A stretch of DNA of 64,000 nucleotides from Octopus vulgaris. Its lineage: Eukaryota. Positions within the stretch are counted from its first letter, which is position 1, and each line of letters opens with the position of its first letter. Below are positions 26,160-40,332 of the stretch, piece after piece. The position numbers and the translations under genes are program-made. The DNA lies in contig OX597834.1 of NCBI GenBank assembly GCA_951406725.2, forward strand, positions 18,228,001 to 18,292,000, in the 5' to 3' direction. Under the pieces are notes generated by a model. It had not been told where the DNA came from. It did not search any database and saw only the letters and a program-made list of their open reading frames with translations.

Positions 26160-29100
26160 GTATGTATGCATGCATGTATGTGTATGTGTGTGTGTATGTC
26201 TATGTGTGAGGGTACAGAAAACAGTCATGAGGATACCAGAGCACCAACTGAAAAGTCAGCAGTTTGTATCCTACCATGGACACTATGATTTGTGGCCATA
26301 CCAATTCTCCTAAGGCCTAAGCTATCTGGCTGTAAATAGGTACAACAATGTAATTACAACTTGCCATGGTTGGTGACAGCAGCATACTAAAACTGACAAG
26401 CACTTCATTAGTTTGCTGTGCTGAGTTCAGCTCCTTCTGTGAGAATACAGCTTGAAGAGGAATGGCTCCCCTAAATTGACTTGTCCCAAGATACACTACA
26501 TGGAAACTCTTGTTTCAAGTGGTGTCTCTACCACCCAATGAGTTACAAGGGAGGGGCAGGGAGGCCTTCTCATCATATGTATATGCATATGGCTGACTAA
26601 ATGTTTTCTAAATTTTGTAACAAGCTTATAACTAAAACCACATTATCATAATCGAAAACATGGATGGGGTATTAGGAAAAAAAATAGTTTGGTGATGGAT
26701 TTCCAAGGATGATTATTTGAAATCAAATATGATAGAAATAGGAACAAAAATATTAGGACTGGAGTTTTCCATACAAATACTTCGAGCTGAGGGATTTAAA
26801 CAGACAATGAGAATTACAACTCATTTATAACAAAAGAAAAAAAAATTATATTCTAGGATTTGTTACTTGTGGAAAAATATATTCTGTGAGTTGTTATTTA
26901 TATAAAATAAAAGATAAAAACAAAAGAAAAAAAGATAATTAAAAAAAAAACTATTCAGTCAGTAGTAGTTGTTGTTTAGCTTTAGGACAATGCTGAACAA
27001 GATCTAATCAAAAGGTGATCCAATTGTGACCATCCTGACTTTGTCAGACATTGTATATCTAAGATAACTGCATTATCCAATATAGCTTTGTTTTTGTTTT
27101 TAAAGATACTAGGGTATGATTTGAGAGATATTTAGCTGCTATTTCTACCAGTTTGAGTGATCGTGTAGGAAGTTTTCACTGTTAGTTCTAGACAGTAGAA
27201 GTGGCAATGGGTGGTCAGTAATGGAGTGGCTGTACAACTTCACATTGCTGGAATGCATCTTTATCTGACTGTTAATAAGATATTGAACTATAAGCCAGTT
27301 AAAGTTTAAGTGTTTTATGGAGCAGTCAGCTGTTTAACCATCCACACTAACTAATCAACACTCGGTTGTAAGTTGTCAGAAAAAATAGTGACTAGCAATT
27401 TAAGATGGATGGTTGGGTACATCATGTAAATTTGGCAACATCTTTATTAATAATAGTAACAATGATAATAATAATAATAATAATAATAATAATAGTAATC
27501 ATAATAATAATGATGATGACGATGGTGCTCCAGATAATTAAATTAGTGACTGGAGCCCATTTCCTTGAAAAACAAATAACAATTACTAACATGGGCGCAA
27601 GGCCACAGATTTTGAGGTGGAGGGTATCGTTGATTAAATCCATCCCTATTACCGCACTGGTATGCATTTTATCGACCCAGGTGGGATCAGAACTAAGGAC
27701 AAACTAAATATTACAAAGCATTTTGTCTAATGATTCTGCCACTTTTCCATTTTGATATTATTAGCTGCTAAGCTTTTCCTCTGGCGTGATAACAATTCTG
27801 CCAGCACATTACCTTAATAATAATAATACTAATAATGGTTTCAAAGTCTGGCTCAAGGCCAAGAATGATTAGGAGCAGGGAAAATCGATTACATTGACCC
27901 CAGTGTTCAACTGGTACTTATTTCCTTGACTCCAAAAGGATGAAATGTTAAAAGATGGATGAAATACTGTTCAGCATTTTGCCCAGCTTGCCACCTAATA
28001 ATAATATAATAATAATAATATCTAACATAGGCACAGGACTACAAATTTGTAGACATAAGGTACAGTTGATTAAATCCACCCCTTCCCTTTATTATTTCAC
28101 TTGTACATATTTTATTGTTACATTCCCCCTCCGCCTCCACTCCATCAAGGAATGAATGGTCAAGGCAAAACATAGGCAGAATTTGAACTCAAAACATAAA
28201 ATGTAACATAACTAATACCACAAGGCATTTTGTCCTCTAATCTACCAATTTTGTCATTTTTGCCATTTTGATGTTAATAATAGTAATAATAATAATAATA
28301 ATAATAATTTATTTTATTTTAATTTGTTTTTTAACTTTTTAATACTTTGCTAAAAGAATTTTGGCACTATTTTGAATCAGTGAAAATAAAACCTGATAGT
28401 GGAAATAGGTTTGCCAAGGCTAAATTCTGTAAGGCATTTAATCTAACCCTTTAAAATTTCTGCACCACTCTTAAGCAATTAATAATAACTATTATTATTT
28501 TAGAGGGAGAGTGTGAATCAACTACATTGCCCTTAGTACTTGACTGGCCTTTATTTTATTGATCAGAAGAGGATGAAAGGCAAAGCTAACTACAGTGGCA
28601 TTTGAACTCAGAATGTAAAGAACCAGGGGAAATGCTACAGTAACAATTCTGCCAGCTTGCTGTCATCTAATAATAATAATAATAATAATAATAACAACAA
28701 TAATGACAATGATGATAGCGATTATAATGATGTTTTCTTTAATAATAATTTCTAAAGTTAATAATGGTTATCCTTTGACCAATCCCTCCACAACTCCACC
28801 ACTTTTCAACAGTAAAATATCTTGACAGAGCAGATGTGTAAGAGTGTTTTGCCGCAGCAAAAACTTTTGGTAAAAATTTAATGATTGAATGAATACATGT
28901 GAAATTGTGAGGTGGTGGTGGTGGTGGTGGTGGAGGTGAGAGTGTGGAGTGATTTAATGACTTTTTTTATTTCCTTTCTCTTCGCTTGTTATGTCTGGAT
29001 ACAAAGAAGAGAAAGCTGAGCAGCAGGGGATCATGTAAAAAAAAAAGAGAATAATTCTAAAAATGTTTTCTTTTTTTTCTTTCATGGAAGAAGAAGAAAT

Positions 29101-32100
29101 GAAATAATGAAAGTAAAATAATACAATAAGAACAAAAAGTAAAAATAAAAAAAATATTCCACAATTGTAATTATCACTCAATGATATGTCTTGTAACATG
29201 AATACATGCAGTTTTTTGTGTTTTCTTTACTTTCTTTATGATGACACATCATTAAGATTTTTGACATTCCATCTCTCATAATCAGACAACCAAATAAACA
29301 AAATTTCAAAAATGACCATGAACAAAAACAAAACAAAAAGAAAACTGTGAAAAAAAAAAAAAATTAATGAATTTTTCAATGAGAGGAAAACACACTTAAA
29401 AAAAAAAAATGATTAATAAATAATTATGAATTAAATTACAATTTGTGAAATACAAGGGATATGTAATAGTTGTAACAGTAGCAGTAGTAGTTGTAGTAGT
29501 AGTAGGTAGTAGTAGTAATAGTAGAGTATAAACTCACAACCTGAGAATTAAAACTCCTGTCCTTTAATTCACTTAGCTATTACACATTTTAATCAATAAC
29601 GGTTTATACTTTAGACATGCAGCCTTAGAAACTACAGTAGAAAACAAAATGAAAAGTTGTGGCAGTCATGCCTTTCTCATGGGTATAAGGATGTCTAAGC
29701 AAATATGTTTTAATTACGCATGAAAACCAAATCAGACTCAATTTATCAAAAGACGAACTACTGCCAACAAAACACAGCTATAATAGTAATAATTCCTTTT
29801 GGCTTGCCTCAAGGCTTTGTATTTACAAAGGAGGGAATGGGATGGGATGTTCATGCATTTCCCAACAAGAGCAGTAACAACATGATGTGAAGAGCATAGG
29901 CTTCTATCATGAATTGAGATTACACCACAATCTTGGCACACTGAGGGCTTAACTAGTCTACAACACTCACCTGGCTATAATAACTGTAACAATCATTTTA
30001 TACAAAGGTAAGGTGCTTCAAGTTGAAATAGAAAGGGAAGAGAAATGGGAGATTGTGATGGTTAAGCCTTACCCAAGGGCATTAATTATGTTTAAGTATG
30101 CTGAATGCTTGCACCTGTACTATAGCACCTACCACACAGACACCTATAACAGCTGCACTATGAGTACCCTACCACATAAATAACAGTCTTAATTGATGGT
30201 AGGGGGAGATTTAAAAAAGGCCCTATCTTTTCAAATAAATTAACAATAATAATTTTTCAGAATTCCTTAGGGACTAATGAAAAAAAAAATAACAAGAGTC
30301 ACAATAATTATTATAATAAATGTACTAGCGATACACAAAAGAAATTAAGAGAGCTAGATGGATAAAAAAAACTAGAACACCTTCATCCATTCACTCCTCA
30401 GAGTAGAAGTATTAGCATCTGGGACCGTCATTATATGACAAAGAGGAAAATCTTTGAAATAACAAAATATAAAACCACAGAATGAAACTTCCTTCTGTAT
30501 TCTTTCTTCTACTCTTGTGTAATTTATATGACCAAATGATATAAATTATTAATTATATGGCTTGGTCATTCAGTGATCAAATCATATAAATCACTAGTTT
30601 CTTTGGCACTCCCTTACCAATCTCCTTTTTATCTGTTCTTGCTGGGTCTGCTGCTATTAAAGGGGAGCAAGGGATTTTCAGTGCTTGGTCAGAGATCGTG
30701 GAGGAGAGTTAGATTATGAGATATAGAACAACGATTCTTCAGGAGGTGAGAGCGGTGCCTTATTCAGTCAAGGTATCATGATCCTTCTAATCTAAAGCTG
30801 ATATTTTGTTTATGCTAAAGACATTTCCCAAGATAACGAACATCACTGAATTAATAAAGGTTTCACTTTATTAATTTCAATGTTGTTATAGACTCCACAG
30901 AGAGTTGGTAATAAAAATAATAATTAATTAGTTCAAGGTCACAAATCTGTAGCCTTTATAAGAGAGGAATGCAATCAATAGATTTGATCTTTGTACATAT
31001 CTAGTACATATTTTATTGCCACCCCCAAGGATAAAAAGCAAAGTCAGCACCAACAGGATTAGAATTCAACATATAAAAGGAACAAAATGAAATACTGCTA
31101 AGAATTTAGTTCTGGGTTCTACTACTACCACACTATTATCTTTGTCAAATCATTTTAAGAAGTCGGAAAATTGATAATCATAAAGAGGAGGAGAAATAAC
31201 AGGCAGCAACAAGGTGTCATTTAAAGTGACAATGGTAATAATAGTCCCATAGTGGGACAGAGAAATATTCACAGTAATATTCTGTACATAAACTGTATTG
31301 CTAGAAAGCTTCTTCATTTTGGCATTTGTGGCATGGGTAGGGAAAAACAAAGGTGAAGGGAGAGCAAAGGGAAATTAAGTGCAAAAGAACTCTAGAGTAA
31401 CAAAATGTTTTAATTTTACCAAATTGTAAACCATCTCAACATTAACCAAGAAAGATCACTGAATAAGTCATGATGATAAAGATACTAAAAGTACCACTGG
31501 TTTCATCTGTCATTTAGAACTAAATGATCACTCTTACAAAAGCTGTAAACAAGCTTATTATATATCTTTAGATCTTTATCTGAATTAATGCTGTACCAAA
31601 TTAATTTCATGTTTTGTCGGAAAAACCAAATTACACTTAAATATCAAAATGGTAAAAACAAAAACCTTTTGGTACTCTCAGTACAATGTGTGTGTGTGTG
31701 TGTGTGTGTGCGTGTGTTTGACCTGCTAAATGTTAATATTAGAGCATATATCTTCAGTGAAGGTAAACATCAAAGGTACTGGGAAGGGAAGGGAAATAAG
31801 TGGGGTGGGGGATAGAATAGAGAAATTCATCAACGGTAAACTTGGAGATAACTAATAGATTAGTGTGATATGCAATGGAATTAGTAACCAACAGATTTAA
31901 CAAGACTTGACCTGAAAACAATAGCCAACAGAACAGGAGGCCATGGTTTAATTTGGGACCACTTAAATGGGTGGCAGAAAACTATAATGCTAAAATGGTG
32001 TGAGAAATGGACACTTGAGAAACAGAAAATAAAAATAAAAGGGCAGGTTCACATGGTTGCAGAAAAACAACAAAAAAACAAAGAAACTAGTGAGAGAAAG

Positions 32101-33766
32101 TCCAAAACAAAAATAAGAAAATAAGAAGCCTAAAAAAAGAAAAACAAGTCCTTAGATACTGCAGAGAGAAAATGGCGATGACTAGAATCACTAAGAATAT
32201 AACGGTACAATTTCCTGTATATATTCATAGCCACAAAGAGCAGTAACACATAAATGGTGGGAAAAAAAAATTCAATATAATTTTGGGTTATATTGTTACA
32301 AATTTTTTAACAATAATTATTTTCAAAGCTTGAAAAGACATATCAATTTTTTTTTTTTTCATAATTAATTATTCGATAACCACTTTACCCAATTTAGATT
32401 GCAGTGAAGTCACTGGTAGATACGGCACAAACATACCATCTTTTATCTGAGAGTGGAAAAATTATCAGATGGATAAAGTCAAGTTTTGAAACAGCAGCGT
32501 TTTGGCTGCATCAATAAATATAAGATGGTGGGATCAGATCTTCTACCAGTGAACCAAATGTTCAATATTAACAATGAAAAGACCATAAAAACGATACAAA
32601 ATGAGGTGAAGATGAGGTGTTATTAAGGAAAACCTGAAATCATATATTGTTGTTAAACACAGGTGGGAAGGAAATAATGACAAATTCACTGAAAGTTTGA
32701 AGCAAAATCTTTGGGAATATTCAAAAAAGAGAGATGCGTACAAAGAAAGATGGAACAAGAGAAAGAAGATCAATGTAAATCAAAACTAGAATACATTTTT
32801 TTTTGTAATCAATATTCTTATCTCCTTGCAAAGGAGAGTGACATTTTTTTACTAAATTCGTTGATACTTTTAAGATATTTATTGTTTTGTTTTTGAAGTT
32901 TATCTCCAAAAAACAAAACTGAATTAAATGGAAGTCATAGAAAAAATCCATCAAAACATTACAAAGACTATATATAGATAGAAAAATGAGCAATTAGGTA
33001 TTCTATTAAACTGGTACTAAGTAAAATACCAATATCAAAGTGTTGTAAAGTGGAAAAATACATTTCTTTCTTGACATTACAGAACAAGCAACGGCAGTAT
33101 ATTATAAAGAGGATTCTGCTGTAAATATAGAATGTTGAGTATGAAGAAATAGATGACCAAATTACAAATGGATGGATGAAAAAAAAAATGAGGAAGAGTG
33201 GGGCAGTGATAGCAATTGTGTTACAAAAAGTAATTATTATTATCATAAGGAAAATGTTTGATCATTCTTTTTTTTACCATTTAAATTTTATGTTTATAAA
33301 ATAAAATACATTTACATTTCCTTGCATACTTCTGTGATTGGGTCTTCAAAAAAAAAAGTTCGATGTTCTAGTTTATTATTTGGGAGTAAAAGTTTTGAAA
33401 AAAATATGTTGCAGTATACACTGGGGTTACCTTAAGCTAGCATCTTTCCCTATAAACAAGTGCACTATAAACAGGCTAGCTCTTTTCTTACCTTCAAGTT
33501 CAGAAGATAAAAAAGAATTCAAATGTTTTTTTGTTTTTTTTTACATTCATTTTTTTTTCAGTATTTTTTTCTCAGTAAATAAATATTAAAAGTTATTTTC
33601 ACTTTATCAATAGACAGTTTATTAAGGCTTTTGTGTAATTTATGGTAAAAAAAAACATTTCCTTTGAAATAAGAAAATGTCTGTTTTATTAAAAAAAAAG
33701 TTCTAGAAATGTTTCCTTTAACTTTAGACTTAAAGTAATCTAAGGGAATCTTTTGGATTTTATTAC

Positions 33767-33839
<73 letters not shown>

Positions 33840-34060
33840 TAAATATTTCAAAAATAGACAACCTTCATTATGCTGCTTTATCTGCGCAGACTCTATTTAT
33901 TAGTATGATGCCCAAATTAAATCCCCAAAATCAGCAAAAGGCATGTCGACTAATACTAGATTAAGTATTTAAATGCATCATTCAACATTATTTCTAGAGA
34001 TAAATCTTTTAAAAATATGGTGTCTATTTACTTTTGAAATGTTTGAATGTGTGTACGTGA

Positions 34061-34099
<39 letters not shown>

Positions 34100-35494
34100 T
34101 GTATATATATATATATATATATACATATGTTTATTTTATCATTTTAAGTGACATTGGCAAGATCAGAAGGAAACCAACTAAGTTTTTATTTTACTTGTTT
34201 AATTTCAGCAGTTGACTCTTTATTAATACTTTACAAAGAGGGGAAACAGTTGTTGCATTATGCCCTACAGTCTAGAATATTCCTAGATATACCAAGATAA
34301 AGAATAAGAAAAAAGAAAAAAAAAACTTTCAATATTTTACGTGTGCAAACTTTCCTTTCCTCTTCTTACTTTTATTTCCCTGCTTTAGTTTTTTTTTTCT
34401 TCTTTTTAATGTATACTTGAGTCAGAGTTGCAACAATCAGAACTAACAGTTAAACAATTTCAAGTAATTATTTTTGAAATGATTTTAGTTTTCTATCAAT
34501 AGAAGTAGGAAGAAATTTCCTTGTGTAACATACTAACAATTGGTTTCAGGGGCCTGTACAATTAATCCAAAAGATAACTAATATCAACAGTGTTGAGTGC
34601 CCTTGTAAGAAAAAAAAAAAAAGAAAAGAAAAGAACAGATGTTATCATCAGTAGTCTGAATTCTCTGCTTGTTTAACAATTGTTTAGCTGTTCAAAACAA
34701 TGCGATAGTTATAAATTAACTGGTTAAGTACTAAAACAACTTTTATCTCAGGAAGTAGAAGCTGAAGAAATTAATTATTCCTGGTCATATGAAAAAAGAA
34801 TAAAGAAAAAGTCTTGTTGAATTTGGAAGACACACAGCACTGTGGCTATCAACACATTCATAGGCACTCTATCTTAGTACCATCTTTTACAAATTTCAGA
34901 GTTTTTGGACAGTAATTATATCCAAAATAAGCCAAACATTTTTGGAAGAGATTTCCATAAACCCTCAGAGAAAAATTAAAAATTTTTCTACCACTTATTC
35001 AGCAAGACTTTATTTATTCAGTGGAGAATTCTTTTCATGCTTTTCAATGATCAGCACCCCAACCCAATCCCATATAATAATAATAATAATAATAATAATG
35101 ATAATAATAATAATAATAATAATAATGATAATAATAGTAAAAACATGCATGGTATCTCGGCATGATGGCTTTTAAAAGGCAGTCATTTGTTCATAGTAAG
35201 AAAACATACAGCTCAAACTAAACTTCTATCTAAATCCTGTGACAGGATTCAAACTTTCATTGCCATAATTTCCATTCAGTCCTTTTTTCTTATATGATCT
35301 TTATTTTCTTTTTAGTTCCCTTCTTCCGTTTCTTCTTTGAAATTAAATAAATAGTTTTTTCTTTCTTTTTTTTTGGTTTTTAGTTGTTGTTTTTTTGTTT
35401 TGTTTTTAGCAACAATCATATTTAAGCATCTATTGCAATGGTTGGTGGAACAATATATATAGGATTAGCTTAAAAAAATGTGAAAAATAAATAG

Positions 35495-35534
35495 TGTGTA
35501 TACATACATACATGTGTGTGTATATACATATATG

Positions 35535-35572
<38 letters not shown>

Positions 35573-35735
35573 TGTATATATATATGTATAAATGTATATA
35601 CATAGGTATATATATATATATGTGTGTATATATATGAATGTATACATATATATAATATATATATGTATACATATATTATATGTATTCATATATAATATAT
35701 ATATATATATATATATACATATATTATATGTATTC

Positions 35736-35779
<44 letters not shown>

Positions 35780-35947
35780 CATGCATATATATGTGTGCAT
35801 ATACATATATATATATATGTATGTATACATATATATAATATATATATGTATACATGCATATATATAATATATATATGTATGTATACATATATATAATATA
35901 TATATGTATGTATACATATATATAATATATATCTATGCATGTATACA

Positions 35948-35978
<31 letters not shown>

Positions 35979-35990
35979 TATATATATATT
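35495..35990. repeat. Compound (TA)n/(TACA) microsatellite
   Basis: Direct inspection. Confidence 0.95.
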
Positions 35991-38169
35991 TACAAGAAGA
36001 ATATATATGCTACTTGATTAAATGTGAAAGAAATCAACAAAGATTAGAAAATTTAAGTGGTTAATTTTTTTTTTAAATGCTGAAACCCCTGAAATGATGA
36101 CATTTTGAGGCAGATGTTCACAGAGAGAGAAGCTGGATGATGTGCTTCTATTCCATAGTGATAACAAGCTAATAATAATAATAAAAAAAAAAAAGAATAA
36201 AAAAGACGAAACATGCCTCTGATGTGATGAAACAAATTGCTAATAAAATGGGGTTAACAAGACATAACCAGCACAATCACATTTGTAACAATATCTATAA
36301 AACAATTTTAACAAACCACAAAATGAAAAAAAAAATCTCATGCAAACAATACAGATACAAACCAAACCAGTATTAGAACTACACTGTACAGTGAGTAGTT
36401 ATCCAACTATACAGAATCCGATTGTATGTAGTTTGGAACTTGGTGGAGGGTTAGTGTAGGTCTTGGAGACCTAAGTTTTGTAATTAAACGAAGAAAATAA
36501 AAACTAGTAGGTACAAATAAGGGTAATTAACAAATGACTTATTGATGCAGTCTGTTTTGTGAATCAAAGAATGTTGTTAAATTTTGGTGAATACATTTTG
36601 TAAATTATGGATGCATCGCAATAAAAGCCAATGGGTTGTTTACTAAATAAAATAAACTGCAGGCAGCAGCAACACAGGTTTGAAATCTATTTGATCATCA
36701 TACTGTGGATGATAATGCAACAGAAACAAACAGTAAAAAAAAAAGAAAAATAGGGGAATAATAGAAATAAAAGCGAAAAAAGGTAGTGTAATGAATGAAA
36801 AATTGATAGATATAAAAATGTTTTACTTTGGCAGGAATAAAGAGTTTTAGTATGAAAGCCATCAACGTTAATTTTGGCATGTTTCCACTTTTGTTTTAAA
36901 AAGAGACATCTAATGTAACTTTGCATATTAATTAGGTAGTGTCTTTTTGTGTGCTTCTGTAAGGGAATGTATGCATCTATATGAGTGAATGTATGTATGT
37001 TAACATGTAAGTATTTATTTGCTAATGTGTAGGTATCTGTATGTTTATTTGTTGCTAGCTTAACTCAATGTTGTTTCTTGTTTGTTAGACTCAAAAGCCT
37101 TGTATTCTTTCTTAGGGGATGGGAAAATGGTAAGCATGACATTTATATCTTTCTGAAGGGTATTAAGAAAATCAAGTAGTTTCAACCAAAGTTTGAAACC
37201 ATAATGCAGTCTTTTGAAATAAAAGAAATCAATTTTAATTTAAAATATTTTGCGATCAAAGTGCATAAATAATGTTACAAAAAAAAAATAGATGTATATT
37301 TAAAGAAAACCTCTGTAATCATTAAAAGAACCAATTTAAAATAACTTCAGACTTTTTAAAGCACCAAATGAAATTCTTTAGAAGTAGAAACAGTTCAGAT
37401 AATGTCTTTACTTTCTAAGGATTAAGTCAAGGCAGAGAATAATTAAGAAAACTTGCTTCTATTAATTATGCCATGTAAGCAATGAGTCTGCAAAATAAGG
37501 TGAACTAAAGAAGTTTAGAGAGATAAAAGTATAAGGTAAAAAAGTGCAGTGAAATTTAAGAAATTTAAAAAGCTGACAGGTTTCACTATGAGTTCAGAAA
37601 AAGGTTTCTGAATAATTTTGGTTCTATATTGAATAATTTGTTTATCGTTGTGAAAGTGTGTGTACATGTTATGTTTGTGTGTGTGTGTGTGTGAGACTAT
37701 CATTTTTGTTAATTGAAGTATAATTAGTGAGATCAGAGTGTAGGGACCCCAAATTGCATAAAATTGCTTACATATTTGTTAAGGAGAAGCGAAATATCAA
37801 CAGAAACAGTATATTGTGAACTCTTACTTTGGTCATTGAATGTAAAGTTTCTGGTGTTTGAGGAAAAACTAAATAAATGGATAAATATATAAGTAATAAT
37901 AATTCTTTCTATTATAGGCACAAAGGGAAGGAGTTAATCAATTACATTCAAGCTAGGACCCAACTACTACTTATTTTATTGACCCTGAAAAGTTGAAAGA
38001 TAAATTTGACCTTGGCAGAATTTGAACTTGGAATATGAAGACAGATGAAACGCTACAAAGCATTCTGTCCAGCAAGTTAATGATTCAGCCAACTCAATGC
38101 CTTAATAATAATAATAATAATTAATAATAAATAATAAATAATAAATAATAATAATAATAATAATAATAA

Positions 38170-38385
38170 TAATCTTTTCTACTAAAGGTACAAGGCCTGA
38201 AATTTGTGGGTAGGGGATAAGTCGATCACATCGACCCCAGTGCTTGATTGGTACTTAATTTATCGATCCCGAAAAGATGAGAGGCAAAGTTGAGCTTGGT
38301 GGAATTTGAACTCAGAAAGTGAAAATAGGCAAAGTACTGTTAAGCATTTTTCCTGGCATGCTAATGATTCTGCCAGCTCGCTGCC
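38170..38385 (-). mobile_element. SINE family A variant with (AAT)n tail; related degraded copies at 27.6-28.6, 37.9, 41.2-42.3, 43.7-44.2 and 49.2-49.7 kb
   Basis: Shared gaaaggatgaaaggcaaagt..gaatttgaactcagaa core; alternative 3' part ggcacaaggcctgaaattt. Confidence 0.75.
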
Positions 38386-39054
38386 ATAAATCGATAATAA
38401 TAATAATAATAATGGTTTCCAATTTGGACACAAGACCAGTAATTTCAAGGTAGGGCAAGCCGATTACATTGCCTCCAGTACTTGGCTGGTATGAATTTTA
38501 TCAACCCTGAAAGGCTGAAGGGCAAAGCTGGCCCTGGTGGGATTAATGTTAATAAAACTTAATAAATGAAAATAATAGTCTTTCCACTATTTATGTTAAA
38601 ATATTCACAAAGTTAATTAAACAATTATGCATGCACACACACACACATATATACATATGTATGTATATGTGTGCACGCATGTGTATGTATATATATGTAT
38701 ATATGTATATACAAACACACATATGCACACATGTACAAACACATACATGTAAATATATATGTACATACATATGTATATATATATAAAATATCTATGTGGA
38801 GAGACACACAAAGAGAGATAGAGTGATTGATTCAAAAGGAGACATATATACACTTATATATATACTGATGCACTGATACACACACCTTAATTCACCATAC
38901 CTTTCTTCCAGGCACCATTCCATCCATCCCTACATGTATAATGCAAGGTACCCATGAATCGTCTCCACAATACACTTGTCCTGTTATCTCCCATTCAACA
39001 TCTCACATAAAACAACCATGCTCTCCCCTATCCTGACACTCAGTTGAATTGGCT

Positions 39055-39215
39055 CAGTATACTCTGTAAAGTGGTTGACATTAGGGAAAGCATCCAGCTG
39101 TAAGGACAATGCCAGCCTGAGACAGTGGAGCAAGATGCTGTCCTCCAACCCATTGAATCCTGTCAAAACATCCATTTTCCATGCCAGCATGGAAAATGGG
39201 TATCAAAATGATGGT
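39055..39215 (+). repeat. Fragment of an old interspersed retro-repeat with (GAT)n tail (also ~3370, 7325, 8750, 11850, 20295, 51620)
   Basis: Shared gcatccagctgta..cctgtcaaa..catgccagcatggaaaa..gatgatg segments in both orientations. Confidence 0.6.
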
Positions 39216-40294
39216 GGATACATACATCATATATATAATACATACATACACTCATACACATACACATGTATATGCATGTACTCATGTATGTATATACTGA
39301 CACAAATGCATACACACATATTTAGATGTATATATGTATATGTGTGTGTTCGTATATATAACACACACACACATACATTCACATGTATATAATTTGTCCT
39401 AGCCAATATATATCTATATATACACACACACACACATACATTTATATATTTTGTTTTGGAAAAATTTTGTTATATGTATATAAAAAAAAAAATCTAAGTG
39501 GCAATTGCAGGAGTTATAAGTAAAGGTAAAGAAAATACTTAGCAATTACGAAAGAACAGAATTTCATAACTTCTTCAATTACAATTGAATATATAAGGAA
39601 AACTATCATACAAGTATATATATAACTATCAAACAATAAAAATGATGTCTCTGACTAATGTAAATAATCATCAAATAGTGAAAAATATGAAAATAATAAA
39701 TTTATAAAATAATGGAGATTGTTTTAAAATAATGTCAAATTGACTGATATATCATCAGAATCAAAAAAAAAAATTTCTGAAAGCACAATTTTAAAACAGT
39801 TTTCAACATGCACTAAACAACTAAATAATTTTTACTCAATGCTCATTTTTTTTTATTCTGGGACAGTTTAGAGGGTGTTAGCTGGAAATGCCTGCCTTTA
39901 TTCCAGATATGGTTGACTACACACATGGCAGTGAAGAATCATATGGAAGTGGAGAAAGAGAGAGTGAGCGAATGAATGCAAGAAAAGTTGGTACTAAAGA
40001 GAAAGATATATAGATGTAAGAATGAGGAAGTGTAGGGTGCAGAGTGTAAGTATATGAATGTGTGTGTGTGTGTGTGTGAGCGCACGTACATGCGTGAATG
40101 TACGTATGTGTTGTATATATTTGTTTAAAACAGAGAAAGAGAAGTAATAAGCAAAAGGAGATGAAATGAGTGAGAGAATAAAAATGTGAACTTAGAATGT
40201 AAATCAATAATGAATAATAAAAACACAGAAACCTGAGTGATAAGTGTGACATATATATATATATATATATGGTGTATTATATATAATATATACA

Positions 40295-40332
<38 letters not shown>

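Noticed and set aside
29960-30060. Strong - strand donor (CAG|gtgagt near 29970) suggesting a hidden exon
   Set aside because: No convincing acceptor or coding frame paired with it.
30552-30590. Short hairpin ttatatggcttggtcat/gtgatcaaatcatataa as a pre-miRNA
   Set aside because: Stem is only ~16 bp and AT-rich, too short for a pre-miRNA.
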